From NCBI GenBank assembly GCA_963716255.1, contig OY970303.1, positions 3,168,001 through 3,232,000 on the forward strand: 64,000 bases of DNA. Reading direction: 5' to 3'. The notes under the pieces were generated by a model that was not told the DNA's origin, made no database searches, and saw nothing but the letters and a program-made list of their open reading frames with translations. The position numbers were made by a program, and so were the translations under genes. The DNA comes from an uncultured Gemmatimonadales bacterium. GTDB lineage: Bacteria > Gemmatimonadota > Gemmatimonadetes > Longimicrobiales > Longimicrobiaceae. Shown one piece after another: positions 50,997 to 60,796 of this stretch (position 1 is the stretch's first letter; every line of letters starts with the position of its first letter).

Positions 50997-51119
50997 GACC
51001 GCGCGGCTGTGTGCGCGGGCTCGACTCCGTTAGCCCGCGTTGTTTGCGGGCTTACGGAGCCGAAGCCCGACCCCGGCGCCAGCCGGGGGCACGCCCAACC
51101 CCGCCGTAGCCGTAGCCGT

Positions 51120-51563
51120 TCAGATCCGCGACCGCTCCACCACCGGCGCCGCGCCATGCCTGTGCCCGATCATGGCGTCCACGCCGTACCGCCCCCCGCC
51201 GCGCGCGGAAAGGTACAGGAACACGAAGCAGTACAGCGCCGCCAGCTCCCCCTGGTTCTGGATGGGCCAGAAGCCGTTGGGCAGGTGCGCCATGAAGTAG
51301 GCGGCCGCCATCTGCCCCGACAGGATGAACGCCACCGGCCGGGTGAACAGCCCGAAGACGATCAGCAGCCCGCCGAAGAACTCCAGGACCCCCGCCAGCC
51401 CCATCATGGACGCCAGCGGCGCCGTGGCCCCCGGCGTCCCCCCGAACCCGCCGAACACCCCGAACAGCTTCTGGGCGCCGTGCTGCATGAACATCACCCC
51501 CGCCGCCACGCGGAGCAGCGCCAGCACCGCGTCCTCGAACCGGCTCATGAAGAATCCGTTCAT
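51120..51563 (-). CDS. DoxX family membrane protein
   Basis: HGAQKLFG, LEFFGGLLI..GLFTR, MAAAYFMAH, GELAALY. Confidence 0.9.
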   Translation of the reverse strand: MNGFFMSRFEDAVLALLRVAAGVMFMQHGAQKLFGVFGGFGGTPGATAPLASMMGLAGVLEFFGGLLIVFGLFTRPVAFILSGQMAAAYFMAHLPNGFWPIQNQGELAALYCFVFLYLSARGGGRYGVDAMIGHRHGAAPVVERSRI

Positions 51564-51647
51564 CGTCCTCCGCCCCGGGTGAAGAATAAGGGGAGCCGCC
51601 CCGGCCCGGAGCGGCTCCCCACGCACTGCCGTCAACGATCGTGCCGC

Positions 51648-54600
51648 TCAGTCGCCGGCCACCGGCACCGCGTCGCCGTAGTGGCCCGGACCGCGGCCCG
51701 GCTCGCGTCCCGCGGCCGGGGTGGGCGTGGGGGCCGGCGGCGTCCTGCTGCCGGTGAGCCACGCCTTGAGACGGTCGCCCGCGGAGTGGAACACCAGGTA
51801 GGCGCTGGGCACCACCAGCAGCGTCAGCACGGTGGAGAGCGAGAGCCCGCCCACCACCGCCACGGCCAGCGGCTGGAGCATCTCCACCCCCTCGCCGATC
51901 CCCAGCGCCAGCGGGAGCATGCCCAGCAGCGTGCACAGGGTGGTCATGACGATGGGGCGCATGCGCACGGCGCCCGCCTCCACCACCGCCTGCTCCTTGC
52001 TCATACCCTCGGCCCTCAGCTCCTCCACGAACTCCACCAGCAGGATGGAGTTGTTGACCACGATGCCGGCCAGCATGATCACCCCCAGCAGCACCGTGGC
52101 GCCCATGGGGGTGTCGCTGATCCAAAGCGCCAGCACCACGCCCACCAGCGAGAGCGGGATGGCGACCAGGATCACCAGCGGGTTGATGAGCGAGTCGTAC
52201 TGCACCGCCATGACCACGAACACCAGGAACACCGCCAGCAGCCCCACGATGGTGAGCTGGCGGTTGTTCTCGGCGATGGCCTCGGCCTCGCCGCCGTACA
52301 GGATGCCGTAGCCCTCGGGGAGGCGAAGGTCGGCCAGGCGCGCCTGCACCTGGGCCGTCACCTCGCCGGTGGTGGCCACGTCGTCCAGCACGTCGCCGGT
52401 GACGCGCAGCACGCGGTTCTGGTTCTCGCGCAGGATGGTGGTGGGCCCCAGCCCCGAGGTCACCGTCGCCACGTCGCGCAGGTAGATGGGGGACTCGCCC
52501 CCCTGGCCGGGGAAGAGCGCCACGCTCTCCAGGTCCTCGGGGCTCTGGAAGCGCGAGCGCGGGAACATCACCCGCACGTCGTACTCGCGGTTCCCCTCGG
52601 TGTAGCGGGTGGCTATGGTGCCGTCCAGCGCGGTGCGCAGCGTCTGCCCCACCGCGTTGACGTCCAGCCCCAGGTACGCGGCGCGCTCCGGGTCCACCCG
52701 CACCGAGATCTGCGGGCTGGCGTCGTCGGTGGACGCCTGCATGGCCTGCAGGCCGGGAACGTCGCGGGTGCGGTCGATCACCTCGTCGCCGATGGCCTTG
52801 AGCTCCGCCAGGTCCTCGCCCTGGATGGTCACCGCCACGTCCGACCCGGACTGGTTGGTGCGCAGCCCGCGGATGGAGGGCGGGCGCACGAAGATGCGGG
52901 CGCCGGCAAAGCCGCGCTGGTTGATCTTTTCCTGCATGGCCGCCACCCACTCGTTGGCGGTCATGTCGCGGTCGTGCGCGGGGACCAGGCGCACGTCCAG
53001 CGAGCCGCGCCCGGCGTTGGCCGAGGTGGAATTGCCGAAGAACTGCCCGCCCGCGGTGGCGAAGACGGTCCGCACGTGCGGCATCTCCTTCACCATTCCC
53101 TCCAGCTCCTGCACGATGCGGTTGCTCTGCTGGGCGGAGGAGCCCGGCGGCAGGGTCACGTTGATGCTCACGCCGCCGTCGTCCACCTGCGGCAGGAACT
53201 CGCTCCCCAGCGTCCCCACCAGCGGCCAGATGGCCAGCAGGATCCCCGCCGATCCGACGAGGATGGGGAGGCGCCAGCGCAGCGTGCGCGCCGCCACCCG
53301 CTTGTAGCCGCTCTGCGTCCGCTCCACGAGGTTGTTGAAGGCCACCAGCGGCCGCCAGTTGGCCACCCCGCTGGTGAAGCTCACCTTGGCGAACTGCGCC
53401 GACAGCATGGGCACCAGCGTCAGCGCGATCACCAGCGAGGCGAAGAACGAGAAGGAGATGGTGAGGATCAATTCCTTGAAGATCAGCGCCACCAGCCCGG
53501 TGATGAGCAGGAAGGGCACCACCGCCATGGTGTGCGTGGTGGTGGCCGCGATCACGGCGCTCTGCACCTCGGCGGCGCCCTCGTGGGCGCCCTCTTCGGG
53601 CTCCAGGTGGCTCACCTTCATGCGCCGGAAGATGTTTTCCAGCATCACGATGGAGTTGTCCACCAGCATCCCCACGCCCAGCGCCAGCCCGCCCAGCGAG
53701 AAGATGTTCAGCGTCAGCTTGCCCATCCCCATGAGCATGAAGGTGGCGAGGATGGCCACGGGGATGGCGATGCCGATGACGAACGTCTTGCGCAGCGAGC
53801 GCAGGAAGAGCAGCACCACCAGCATGGAAAGGATGGCGCCCAGCACCGCCGCGTCGCGCACCGCGGCCACGGAGCCGCGGATGAAGGTGGCCTGGTTCTG
53901 GGTGGTGCTGTTCCTGATGTCCTCGGGGACGAAGCGCGTCTGCACCAGGTCGCGGATGCGCTGGTCCACCCCCTCCGCCACGGCCACCGTGTTGGCGCCG
54001 GGCTGCTTGCGCACCGACATGCGCACCGCCGGCACGCCGTTGAGGCGCGCCCAGATGCGCTGCTCCTGGTTGGTGTCCGCCACGCTGGCCACCTCGCCCA
54101 GCGGCACCTTGCCGCCGCCGGGGAGGTTGATGAGCATGGCGCGCATCTCCGCCACGTTCCGGAACTTGCCGGTGGTCTTCCCCACCACCTCGCGGGTGCT
54201 GGAGGTGACGCGCCCGGCGGCCACGTCCACGTTGGCGTCGCGCAGCGCGGCGATCACCTGCGAGGCGGTGAGCCCGTACGAGCGAAGCCGCTCCTGGTCC
54301 AGCACCACCTGCACCTCGCGGACGAGGCCGCCGGACACGTCCACCGAGGCGACGCCGCCCACGGTGAGGATCTGCGGGGCCAGCCGGTCCTCCACCCACT
54401 CGCGCAGCGAGAGCAGGTCGCGCTCCTCGGAGGAGAAGCCCACCTCGTAGATGGGGATCTGCGACGGGTCGGACTTGAAGGCCGTGGGCGGGTCCGCGTC
54501 CTCCGGGAGACGGGCGCGCACCCGCTCCAGGTTGCGGGTCACGTCCTGCAGCGCGAAGTCGATGTCGGTGCCGTAGCGGAAGGTCAGGTTGACGCCGACG

Positions 54601-54905
54601 CGTCCCTCCTGGATCTCCGTCTCCATCCGCTCCAGGTTCTCGGTGGCGGCAAGCCCGCGCTCCAGCGGCTTCGCGACCACCTCCTCCAGCACCTCGGGGT
54701 CCACGCCCGCGTAGGTGACGTTGACGCGGACGTTGGGGTAGACGATGCTGGGGAGCAGGTCCACCGGCAGGCCGGACAGGTAGAAGAACCCCAGCACGAA
54801 GATCACCGACGTCAGCATCAGCGTCCCGATGGGACGCCGGATCGCCAGGCTGGAGACGTTGCGGCGCGCCTTGCCCGCCGCCTCCCTCACGGACTCACGG
54901 TTCAC
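51648..54905 (-). CDS. RND efflux permease subunit
   Basis: IRRPIGT, GMLVDNSIVMLENI, FLPQVDDG, GIVVNNSILL, RMRPIVMTT. Confidence 0.95.
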   Translation of the reverse strand: MNRESVREAAGKARRNVSSLAIRRPIGTLMLTSVIFVLGFFYLSGLPVDLLPSIVYPNVRVNVTYAGVDPEVLEEVVAKPLERGLAATENLERMETEIQEGRVGVNLTFRYGTDIDFALQDVTRNLERVRARLPEDADPPTAFKSDPSQIPIYEVGFSSEERDLLSLREWVEDRLAPQILTVGGVASVDVSGGLVREVQVVLDQERLRSYGLTASQVIAALRDANVDVAAGRVTSSTREVVGKTTGKFRNVAEMRAMLINLPGGGKVPLGEVASVADTNQEQRIWARLNGVPAVRMSVRKQPGANTVAVAEGVDQRIRDLVQTRFVPEDIRNSTTQNQATFIRGSVAAVRDAAVLGAILSMLVVLLFLRSLRKTFVIGIAIPVAILATFMLMGMGKLTLNIFSLGGLALGVGMLVDNSIVMLENIFRRMKVSHLEPEEGAHEGAAEVQSAVIAATTTHTMAVVPFLLITGLVALIFKELILTISFSFFASLVIALTLVPMLSAQFAKVSFTSGVANWRPLVAFNNLVERTQSGYKRVAARTLRWRLPILVGSAGILLAIWPLVGTLGSEFLPQVDDGGVSINVTLPPGSSAQQSNRIVQELEGMVKEMPHVRTVFATAGGQFFGNSTSANAGRGSLDVRLVPAHDRDMTANEWVAAMQEKINQRGFAGARIFVRPPSIRGLRTNQSGSDVAVTIQGEDLAELKAIGDEVIDRTRDVPGLQAMQASTDDASPQISVRVDPERAAYLGLDVNAVGQTLRTALDGTIATRYTEGNREYDVRVMFPRSRFQSPEDLESVALFPGQGGESPIYLRDVATVTSGLGPTTILRENQNRVLRVTGDVLDDVATTGEVTAQVQARLADLRLPEGYGILYGGEAEAIAENNRQLTIVGLLAVFLVFVVMAVQYDSLINPLVILVAIPLSLVGVVLALWISDTPMGATVLLGVIMLAGIVVNNSILLVEFVEELRAEGMSKEQAVVEAGAVRMRPIVMTTLCTLLGMLPLALGIGEGVEMLQPLAVAVVGGLSLSTVLTLLVVPSAYLVFHSAGDRLKAWLTGSRTPPAPTPTPAAGREPGRGPGHYGDAVPVAGD

Positions 54906-56074
54906 GAGCCACCTCCGCGCTGCGGCCGCCCGGCCGGCGCGCCACCCTGGCGCGGCGCGGCCCCTGCGCCCGGTCCCGTCACGACGCGCACCTCGGCGCC
55001 GTCGCGCACGGCGTTGTTCCCCACCGTCACCACGATCTCGCCCGGCTCCAGCCCGGAAAGCACCTCCACCTGGCCGCGCGAGGTGAGCCCGGTCTCCACC
55101 GGCCGCCGCTCGGCCTTGCCGTCCCGGACCACGAACACCGAGGTTTCCCCGGCGCTCTGCACGATGGCCGACTGCGGCACCAGCTTGACGCCCTGGTTCT
55201 GCCCCAGCGCCAGCGACACGCGCGCCAGGAAGCCGGGGCGCGCGGCGCGCGCGCCCTCGCCCTGCAGCGCCACCTCCACCGGCACCAGCCGGGTGGCCGG
55301 GTCGGCGGAGGGGAAGACGCGGCGGATGCGCCCGTCCAGCGTCCGGCCGGGGAGGGCGTCCAGCTCCACCCGGGCCCGGTCGCCGGGGGACAGCTTGACC
55401 ACGTCCAGCTCGGAAACGCGCACCGGCACCACCATGGTGGACACGTCGGCGATCTCGAAAAGCTTGGTCTGCGCGCCCACCACGTCGCCCGACTCCACCG
55501 ACTTGACGGTGACCACCCCGGAGGCAGGGGCGCGGACCACGGAGTAGCCCTGGCGGGCGCGGAGCCCGTCCAGCTGGGCGCGGGCGGCGTCGCGCGCCGC
55601 CTGGTCGCGCTCGTACTCGGCGGCGGTGATCACCTGCCGCTGGCGCAGCTGCTCGGCGCGCTCCAGCGCGGCCTGCGCCACGCCGTACGAGGCCTGGGCG
55701 CTGCGCACCTGCGCGGCGATCTCTCGCGCGTCGATGCGGGCCATCACCTGGCCCTCGCGCACCGCGCTCCCCTCCTCCACGTTCACGTCCAGCAGCGCGC
55801 CGGCCATCTGGCTGTTGACGGCCAGCACCCGGATGGGCTCCACCGTGCCGGACACCGTCACCTCGCGGACGATGGTCCCCAGCGCCACGGGAGCCGTCTC
55901 CACCGCCGTGGGGCCGCCGCGCCCTCCGCCGGGGCCTCCCCGCCCACCGCCTCCGCCCCCCGGCCCGCCCTGGCCGCCGGCCTGCTGCGCGGCCTCGCTC
56001 TCTCCCCCGCACCCGGCGGCGGCCAGGGCCGCCAGCAGCAGGCCCGGCAGGGAGATTCGGCTGTATCTGTTCAC
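54902..56074 (-). CDS. RND periplasmic adaptor (MFP) lipoprotein
   Basis: Lipobox AAGC, Gly-rich linker, VRAPASGVV, RPGFLARV. Confidence 0.9.
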   Translation of the reverse strand: MNRYSRISLPGLLLAALAAAGCGGESEAAQQAGGQGGPGGGGGGRGGPGGGRGGPTAVETAPVALGTIVREVTVSGTVEPIRVLAVNSQMAGALLDVNVEEGSAVREGQVMARIDAREIAAQVRSAQASYGVAQAALERAEQLRQRQVITAAEYERDQAARDAARAQLDGLRARQGYSVVRAPASGVVTVKSVESGDVVGAQTKLFEIADVSTMVVPVRVSELDVVKLSPGDRARVELDALPGRTLDGRIRRVFPSADPATRLVPVEVALQGEGARAARPGFLARVSLALGQNQGVKLVPQSAIVQSAGETSVFVVRDGKAERRPVETGLTSRGQVEVLSGLEPGEIVVTVGNNAVRDGAEVRVVTGPGAGAAPRQGGAPAGRPQRGGGS

Positions 56075-56136
56075 GTGCTTCCTCGGTACGCAGTGGTGAA
56101 GCGGGGACCTCCGCGCCCCCGCGCGCTCCTGTCCGT

Positions 56137-57477
56137 TCACGGGGCGGGCGCCGGGACGGGGGCCGCGGCCTGCGGCCGGACCGTTTCCCCCAGCACCGCC
56201 TCCAGCCGCGCCACGGCCACGCCCAGCCCCTGCCGGGCGCGCACCCATCCCACCTCGGCGTCGGTGAGGGCCACCTGCGAGGCCTGCAGGTCCAGGATGG
56301 TGGACGCCCCCAGGCGGTAGCGCTCCTCCTGCACCCGCAGGTCCTCGCGGGCAAGCTCCACCGAGCGCCGGGCGATCTCCACCCGCCGTTCCGCCGAGCC
56401 GATCTCGCGCGCCGCGTCCGCGGCGGCCACCCGGGCCGCGATGGAGGCGTCCGCCGCGCGGGCCTCCGCGGCGCGCTCGGAAGCGCGCGCGCGGGCCACG
56501 TTTGCCTCGCGCTGGAAGCCGTTCAGCACCGGGAGCGAGGCGATGACCCGCAGGCTCCAGCTCCGCTCCGAGGGCGGGAACTCGAACGCGGTCCAGTCGT
56601 ACCCCCCGGTGGCGCGCAGGGTCGGGGCGTAGGCGGTGGTGGAGGCGATGCGCGTGGCGCGCCGCTCGTCGTAGCTGGCGCGGGCGGCGAGCGCCGAGGG
56701 CGCGCTCCGCTCGGCGCGGGCCACCAGCTCCTCCTCGGCCGGCAGCTCCGGCCCGCGATCCGGGAGCGCGGCGGCGGCGGGCCGCACCTCGCCCGCGACG
56801 CCGATGCGCTGCCCCAGCTGCAGGCGCGACGTGCGCTGCCCCGACTCCGCCTCCACCACGGCCAGCTCGGCGTTGCCCGCCTCCAGCTCGGCGCGCAGCA
56901 CGTCGGAGCGGGTGGCGGTGCCCACCTCCAGGCGGGTCCGCGCGAACTCCAGCTGCTGGCGCGCCCGCTCCTGCCGCTGCCGCGCCGCGGCCACCAGCTC
57001 GTCCGCCGCGGCGGCGCCGTAGAAGGTCTCGGTGGTCGCAAGCGCCGTCTCGTAGCGCTGCTCGCGGTAGGTGGCGCTGGCGGCGCGCTGGCGGGCGCCG
57101 GCGCTGCGCCCCTCGGCCAGGCGGCGGCCGCCGTCGAACAATTCGATCCCCGTGGCCACCTGGGCGGTGTAGTTCTCGGACACCAGCGAGCCGGTGGCCT
57201 GGTCGAAGCGCTCGTTGCTGGAGTTGCCGTAGGTGGAGCCCAGGGTCAGCGTGGGGAGCCACGCCCCGCGCGACTGGAGCACGTCCGCGCGCGCGGAGGC
57301 GATCCCCGAGGCGGCGGCGACGGCCGCGGGGTCCACCGCCACGGAGCGGGCGATGGCCTCGTCCAGGGTGACCGTGCGCACCGGCTCCTGCGCGGCCAGC
57401 GCCGGGGGGAGGAGTGCGGCGGCCAGGAGCGCGAGCGCCGCGCTCCCGGCCGGGGTGAATCCAGGGGTCCGCTTCAT
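56137..57477 (-). CDS. TolC family outer membrane protein
   Basis: TLDEAIA, WLPTL, ERYRLGASTILDL..Q. Confidence 0.88.
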   Translation of the reverse strand: MKRTPGFTPAGSAALALLAAALLPPALAAQEPVRTVTLDEAIARSVAVDPAAVAAASGIASARADVLQSRGAWLPTLTLGSTYGNSSNERFDQATGSLVSENYTAQVATGIELFDGGRRLAEGRSAGARQRAASATYREQRYETALATTETFYGAAAADELVAAARQRQERARQQLEFARTRLEVGTATRSDVLRAELEAGNAELAVVEAESGQRTSRLQLGQRIGVAGEVRPAAAALPDRGPELPAEEELVARAERSAPSALAARASYDERRATRIASTTAYAPTLRATGGYDWTAFEFPPSERSWSLRVIASLPVLNGFQREANVARARASERAAEARAADASIAARVAAADAAREIGSAERRVEIARRSVELAREDLRVQEERYRLGASTILDLQASQVALTDAEVGWVRARQGLGVAVARLEAVLGETVRPQAAAPVPAPAP

Positions 57478-57521
57478 CGTGTGGAGTTCGGGGTCTTTGG
57501 ATCTTCGGTGGCCGGCCGCGC

Positions 57522-57962
57522 TCAGCGCCGCCCGGAGGCGGACTTCTCCGCCTCGTGCTCGGCGCGGCGGGCGGCGCGGTACTGCGCGCGCAGCCGGTCG
57601 TACTCGGCGCGCTGCTCCGCGTTCAGGATCGCGCGGATCTCGGTGCGCGTGGAGTCCACGATGCCGCGCATCCGCGGCCCCTCGCGCTCCCAGAAGGCGT
57701 CGGCCTGGGCCCGCCGCCGCGCCATCACGGCGTCCACCCGCGCGCTCTGCTCGGCGGTCAGGTCCAGCTGGTCCAGGAACATGCCGGTCTTCTTGCCGTG
57801 CGGCCCGTGGCAGTGCCAGCCGGGCTCCTGCGGGGGCGCCGGCTCGCGCGCGGCCAGCGCGTGGTCGAAGGCGGCGCCGGCGAGCATCCCGGCCGCGAAG
57901 GTCACCACCAGCAGGGCGATCCCCAGCAGGCGGGCGCGGCGGGAGGGGCGGGGGAGGGTCAC
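57522..57962 (-). CDS. Periplasmic Spy/CpxP/CnrX-like sensor protein
   Basis: N-terminal TM, HCHGPH, LDLTAEQ...ILNAEQ (LTxxQ repeats). Confidence 0.7.
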   Translation of the reverse strand: MTLPRPSRRARLLGIALLVVTFAAGMLAGAAFDHALAAREPAPPQEPGWHCHGPHGKKTGMFLDQLDLTAEQSARVDAVMARRRAQADAFWEREGPRMRGIVDSTRTEIRAILNAEQRAEYDRLRAQYRAARRAEHEAEKSASGRR

Positions 57963-58306
57963 GGCAGGTCTCCTTCCAGCGCGTGGATCAGGTCGGCGTC
58001 GCTCGGGGTGCGCTCATCCGCGATCCACTCGGCGACGGGCTCGGGAAAGTTCAGCTCGTCCGCCACGGTGCGCATGGCGGTGCTCGCCGCGGGCTCGTCC
58101 TGCTCCGCGGCGAGCACGCCCAGCGACACGGCGGCGACGGTCGCCGCGGCGGCCAGCGTGGGCCGCATCCACCCCACCACGAAGGACAGGGGAGAGCGGA
58201 CCGCGGCGGCCTCGGCGAGGATGCGGGCGGTGATGGCGGCGACCATGGCCTCCCGGCGCGCGGGCGCGGGGTGCAGCGGCGACAGGTCGATGGGTTCTTC
58301 GTGCAT
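57959..58306 (-). CDS. Putative anti-sigma factor (single TM)
   Basis: Directly follows the ECF sigma with GGAGG RBS; one TM segment. Confidence 0.6.
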   Translation of the reverse strand: MHEEPIDLSPLHPAPARREAMVAAITARILAEAAAVRSPLSFVVGWMRPTLAAAATVAAVSLGVLAAEQDEPAASTAMRTVADELNFPEPVAEWIADERTPSDADLIHALEGDLP

Positions 58307-58307
58307 G

Positions 58308-58862
58308 TCAGCCCTCCTCCCGGAGGAATGCGCCCAGGCGGGCGCGGAGTGCCCGGCGTGCGTTGAACAGGTGGTAGCGGACGGTCCCTTCGGGGATGCC
58401 GAGCGATTCGCCGATCTCGCGGTGCTTCCACCCCTCCAGGTCGTGCAGCAGCACCACCTCGCGCTGCACGTCGGACAGGGTGGACAGGCCGTCGGTGAGC
58501 CGGTCCCGGATCTCGCTGCGCTCGGTGTCGCGCAGCGGCGAGCTGCCGTCGGGGCGCGATTCGGCGTGCTCCAGCGGCAGGGCGCTGCGCACGGCGCGGG
58601 AGCGCAGCAGGTTGCGGCTGCGGTTGCGGACGATCTGCATGAGCCAGGGGACGAAGCTGTCCGGCCCGCGCACGTCGCCCAGCCTTCCCAGCGCGGCGAC
58701 CATGGCGTCCTGCACCACGTCCTCGGCCTCGGTGGGGTCGCCGGTGACGGCCAGCGCGACGGCGTACGCGGCACCCAGGTGCAGCCGCACCAGCCGCTCC
58801 ACGGCGGCGGCATCGCCGCCCTGAGCGCGGCCCAGCAGGTGCGCGACGTCTTCGTCCGTCAT
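58308..58862 (-). CDS. ECF RNA polymerase sigma factor
   Basis: AEDVVQDA, F..WL..IVRN, QREVVLLHDLEG...EI...LGIPEGTV. Confidence 0.92.
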   Translation of the reverse strand: MTDEDVAHLLGRAQGGDAAAVERLVRLHLGAAYAVALAVTGDPTEAEDVVQDAMVAALGRLGDVRGPDSFVPWLMQIVRNRSRNLLRSRAVRSALPLEHAESRPDGSSPLRDTERSEIRDRLTDGLSTLSDVQREVVLLHDLEGWKHREIGESLGIPEGTVRYHLFNARRALRARLGAFLREEG

Positions 58863-59033
58863 GGTCTTCCCCTAGACACGTGAGCCCCGCGGAACGTTGG
58901 GCGGGGGGGTGAGAGGGCGCCAGTGCACGGGCCGGTCCGGCCGGAAAAAACGCGCCCCGCCGTGGGTGGGTACGCGGCGAGGCGGTTTGGCGGACTGCTT
59001 TGAACGGATTGAACTGCTGGGAACTGAGGATTT

Positions 59034-59162
59034 GGGCGTGCCCCCGGCTGGCGCCGGGGTCGGGCTTCGGCTCCGTAGCACACGAAACAACCGTGTGCAA
59101 CGGAGTCGAGCCCCGCGAAACTGCCCGCGGGTCTCGCCCCTTCGGGCCGGAATCCCTCACGC
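59034..59162 (+). repeat. Structured dispersed element, copy 12
   Basis: Central stem GCACACG/CGTGTGC. Confidence 0.95.
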
Positions 59163-59723
59163 GGGGCTCGCGCGCTCCTCCCCCCACAGCCCCGGGTAGT
59201 GAGTGACGAACCCCGCGGCGTTCACCCGCAGCTCGGCGGTGAAGGCGCCGTCGCTGCTCTCGTAGGCGTACGTGGACTCGCCGGTCCTGCGGTAGCTCTG
59301 CGGCAGCGGCTCCATGGCGAAGCCGGGAAAGTCCAGCCACGCGGACCGGACCTCCGCCGCGGCGCCCACGGGCAGGCTCAGCCGGCGGAGGGCGAGCAGG
59401 TTGGTGGCCGGCGTGAAGCCCAGGTCCACGTCCACGCATCCCTCCACCCGCGGCTGCTCCGCGCCGTCCAGGCGCCAGCGGCGCTCGGCGTCGGCCGCCA
59501 CGCGGACGCGGACGGGCTCGCTCCCGGCCCACCCCTCCACCGTCGCGGACCGGGTGCGCCAGGCCGCGTCGCACAGGACGCGGTAGTCCAGCCGGCAGGG
59601 GAGCCCGTCGTGGGCGAACAGGGCGGTGCCGGACAGCAGCCAGCCGCCGCGGCGCGGGGACAGGCGGGCGTGGTCGTGGCCGGGGAGGTCCAGCCTGCGC
59701 CACAGGACGGCGGAGTCGGCCAT
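59157..59723 (-). CDS. Putative glycolipid-binding domain protein
   Basis: LWRRLDLPG, GCVDVDLGFTPATN, Q.Y.R, V..YPGLW. Confidence 0.8.
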   Translation of the reverse strand: MADSAVLWRRLDLPGHDHARLSPRRGGWLLSGTALFAHDGLPCRLDYRVLCDAAWRTRSATVEGWAGSEPVRVRVAADAERRWRLDGAEQPRVEGCVDVDLGFTPATNLLALRRLSLPVGAAAEVRSAWLDFPGFAMEPLPQSYRRTGESTYAYESSDGAFTAELRVNAAGFVTHYPGLWGEERASPA

Positions 59724-59728
59724 GGGCG

Positions 59729-60547
59729 TCAGACCGCGTAGAAGGCGGTGAAGAAGAGCACGGCGCGGTACGCCGTGATCACCAGCATCAGCCCCCATCC
59801 CAGCGCTGCGGCGCGCAGCAGGGCGGCCACGCGTCCGTCGCCGTACGCCCGGCGCAGGCCGCCGTACAGGTAGAGCGCGCACCAGCCGAAGAGCGGCCAG
59901 AAGTCCAGCCGCGCGTCGAGGACCGCGGGCCTGATCCCCGCCGCCAGCCCCACGCGGCCGAGCGCCACGACCATGAGGTAGACCACCGGGATGGTGAGGA
60001 TGAAGAAGGCCACGAAGTGCGTGGCGAACACCAGGTGCTCCACGAAGTACCTGCGCCGCCCGGCGTGGACGGCGAGCAGCAGCAGCGCGAAGAGCGGCAC
60101 CATCACGATCACCAGCGTCTTGGCCTGCGAGCGGATGGTGGCGTCGAAGAGCGCCCGGTACTCGTCCAGCCCGATCCCCCGCCGGGCCACCTCCGCCTCC
60201 ACCACGCCGCGGACCCACCGGCTGTAGGGCTGCTCCCGCATGTGGATGGCGAGCGGCGAGGTGAGCGTGCTGATGCGGGTCAGCGGCTGGACGAAGAAGT
60301 ACAGGACGTTGCAGAGGAGGAAGACCTGCAGCGGGCGCAGGTACCGCTCGCGGTCCGCGGAAAAGTACGCGCGGGACAGCTCGCCCGGCCGGACAAGGAG
60401 CGCCCGGAAGCTGGACACGAAGCGGGAGTCCGTGTTGGTGAGCACCTGCACGCCCTCGGTCAGGTAGCGCCGCAGGGAGTAGTCGGCCACGAACGGCTCG
60501 GGAGCGGCCGGGGCGGTTGCCGGCACCGGATCGGAGGGAGCCTGCAT
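59729..60547 (-). CDS. DUF3667 domain membrane protein (paralog lacking the zinc ribbon)
   Basis: LLVRPGELSRAY....RERYLRPLQVFL, YFVEHLVFATH. Confidence 0.75.
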   Translation of the reverse strand: MQAPSDPVPATAPAAPEPFVADYSLRRYLTEGVQVLTNTDSRFVSSFRALLVRPGELSRAYFSADRERYLRPLQVFLLCNVLYFFVQPLTRISTLTSPLAIHMREQPYSRWVRGVVEAEVARRGIGLDEYRALFDATIRSQAKTLVIVMVPLFALLLLAVHAGRRRYFVEHLVFATHFVAFFILTIPVVYLMVVALGRVGLAAGIRPAVLDARLDFWPLFGWCALYLYGGLRRAYGDGRVAALLRAAALGWGLMLVITAYRAVLFFTAFYAV

Positions 60548-60796
60548 GCGGGGTTCCGGTGGGCGGGAGGAGGGGAGCCGCCCGGGGGAAGCGGGCGGAA
60601 GGCGGACCCGGGCCGCCGCGCCCACGACGCCCGCGGCGGTTTTCCCAAGGTGGGTCGGGCACGAACCGCGCGCAACGATCCCGTTGGTGCCCGCGCCGCG
60701 GCTCGCACGGGCCCGGCCGGCGCCGTAGCTTGTGGCGTCGGAGCGGGGAGCCCGTCCCGGCCTTTCCCCGGCCACCCCACCCCGGAGTCCCCGGTC

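Larger units (their letters stand above)
49638..51096 (-). repeat. Structured dispersed element, copy 11, split by IS481 (49638-49669 and 50997-51096)
   Basis: Joining the two halves regenerates ...GGGGCGAGAC|CGCGCGGCTG... as in intact copy 13. Confidence 0.92.

Noticed and set aside
50925..55547. Very long alternative-frame or antisense ORFs (50925-55547, 7683-10805, 33585-38189 and similar)
   Set aside because: Shadow ORFs of real high-GC3 genes with low-complexity Arg/Pro/Gly/Ala or His/Gln-biased translations and no motifs.
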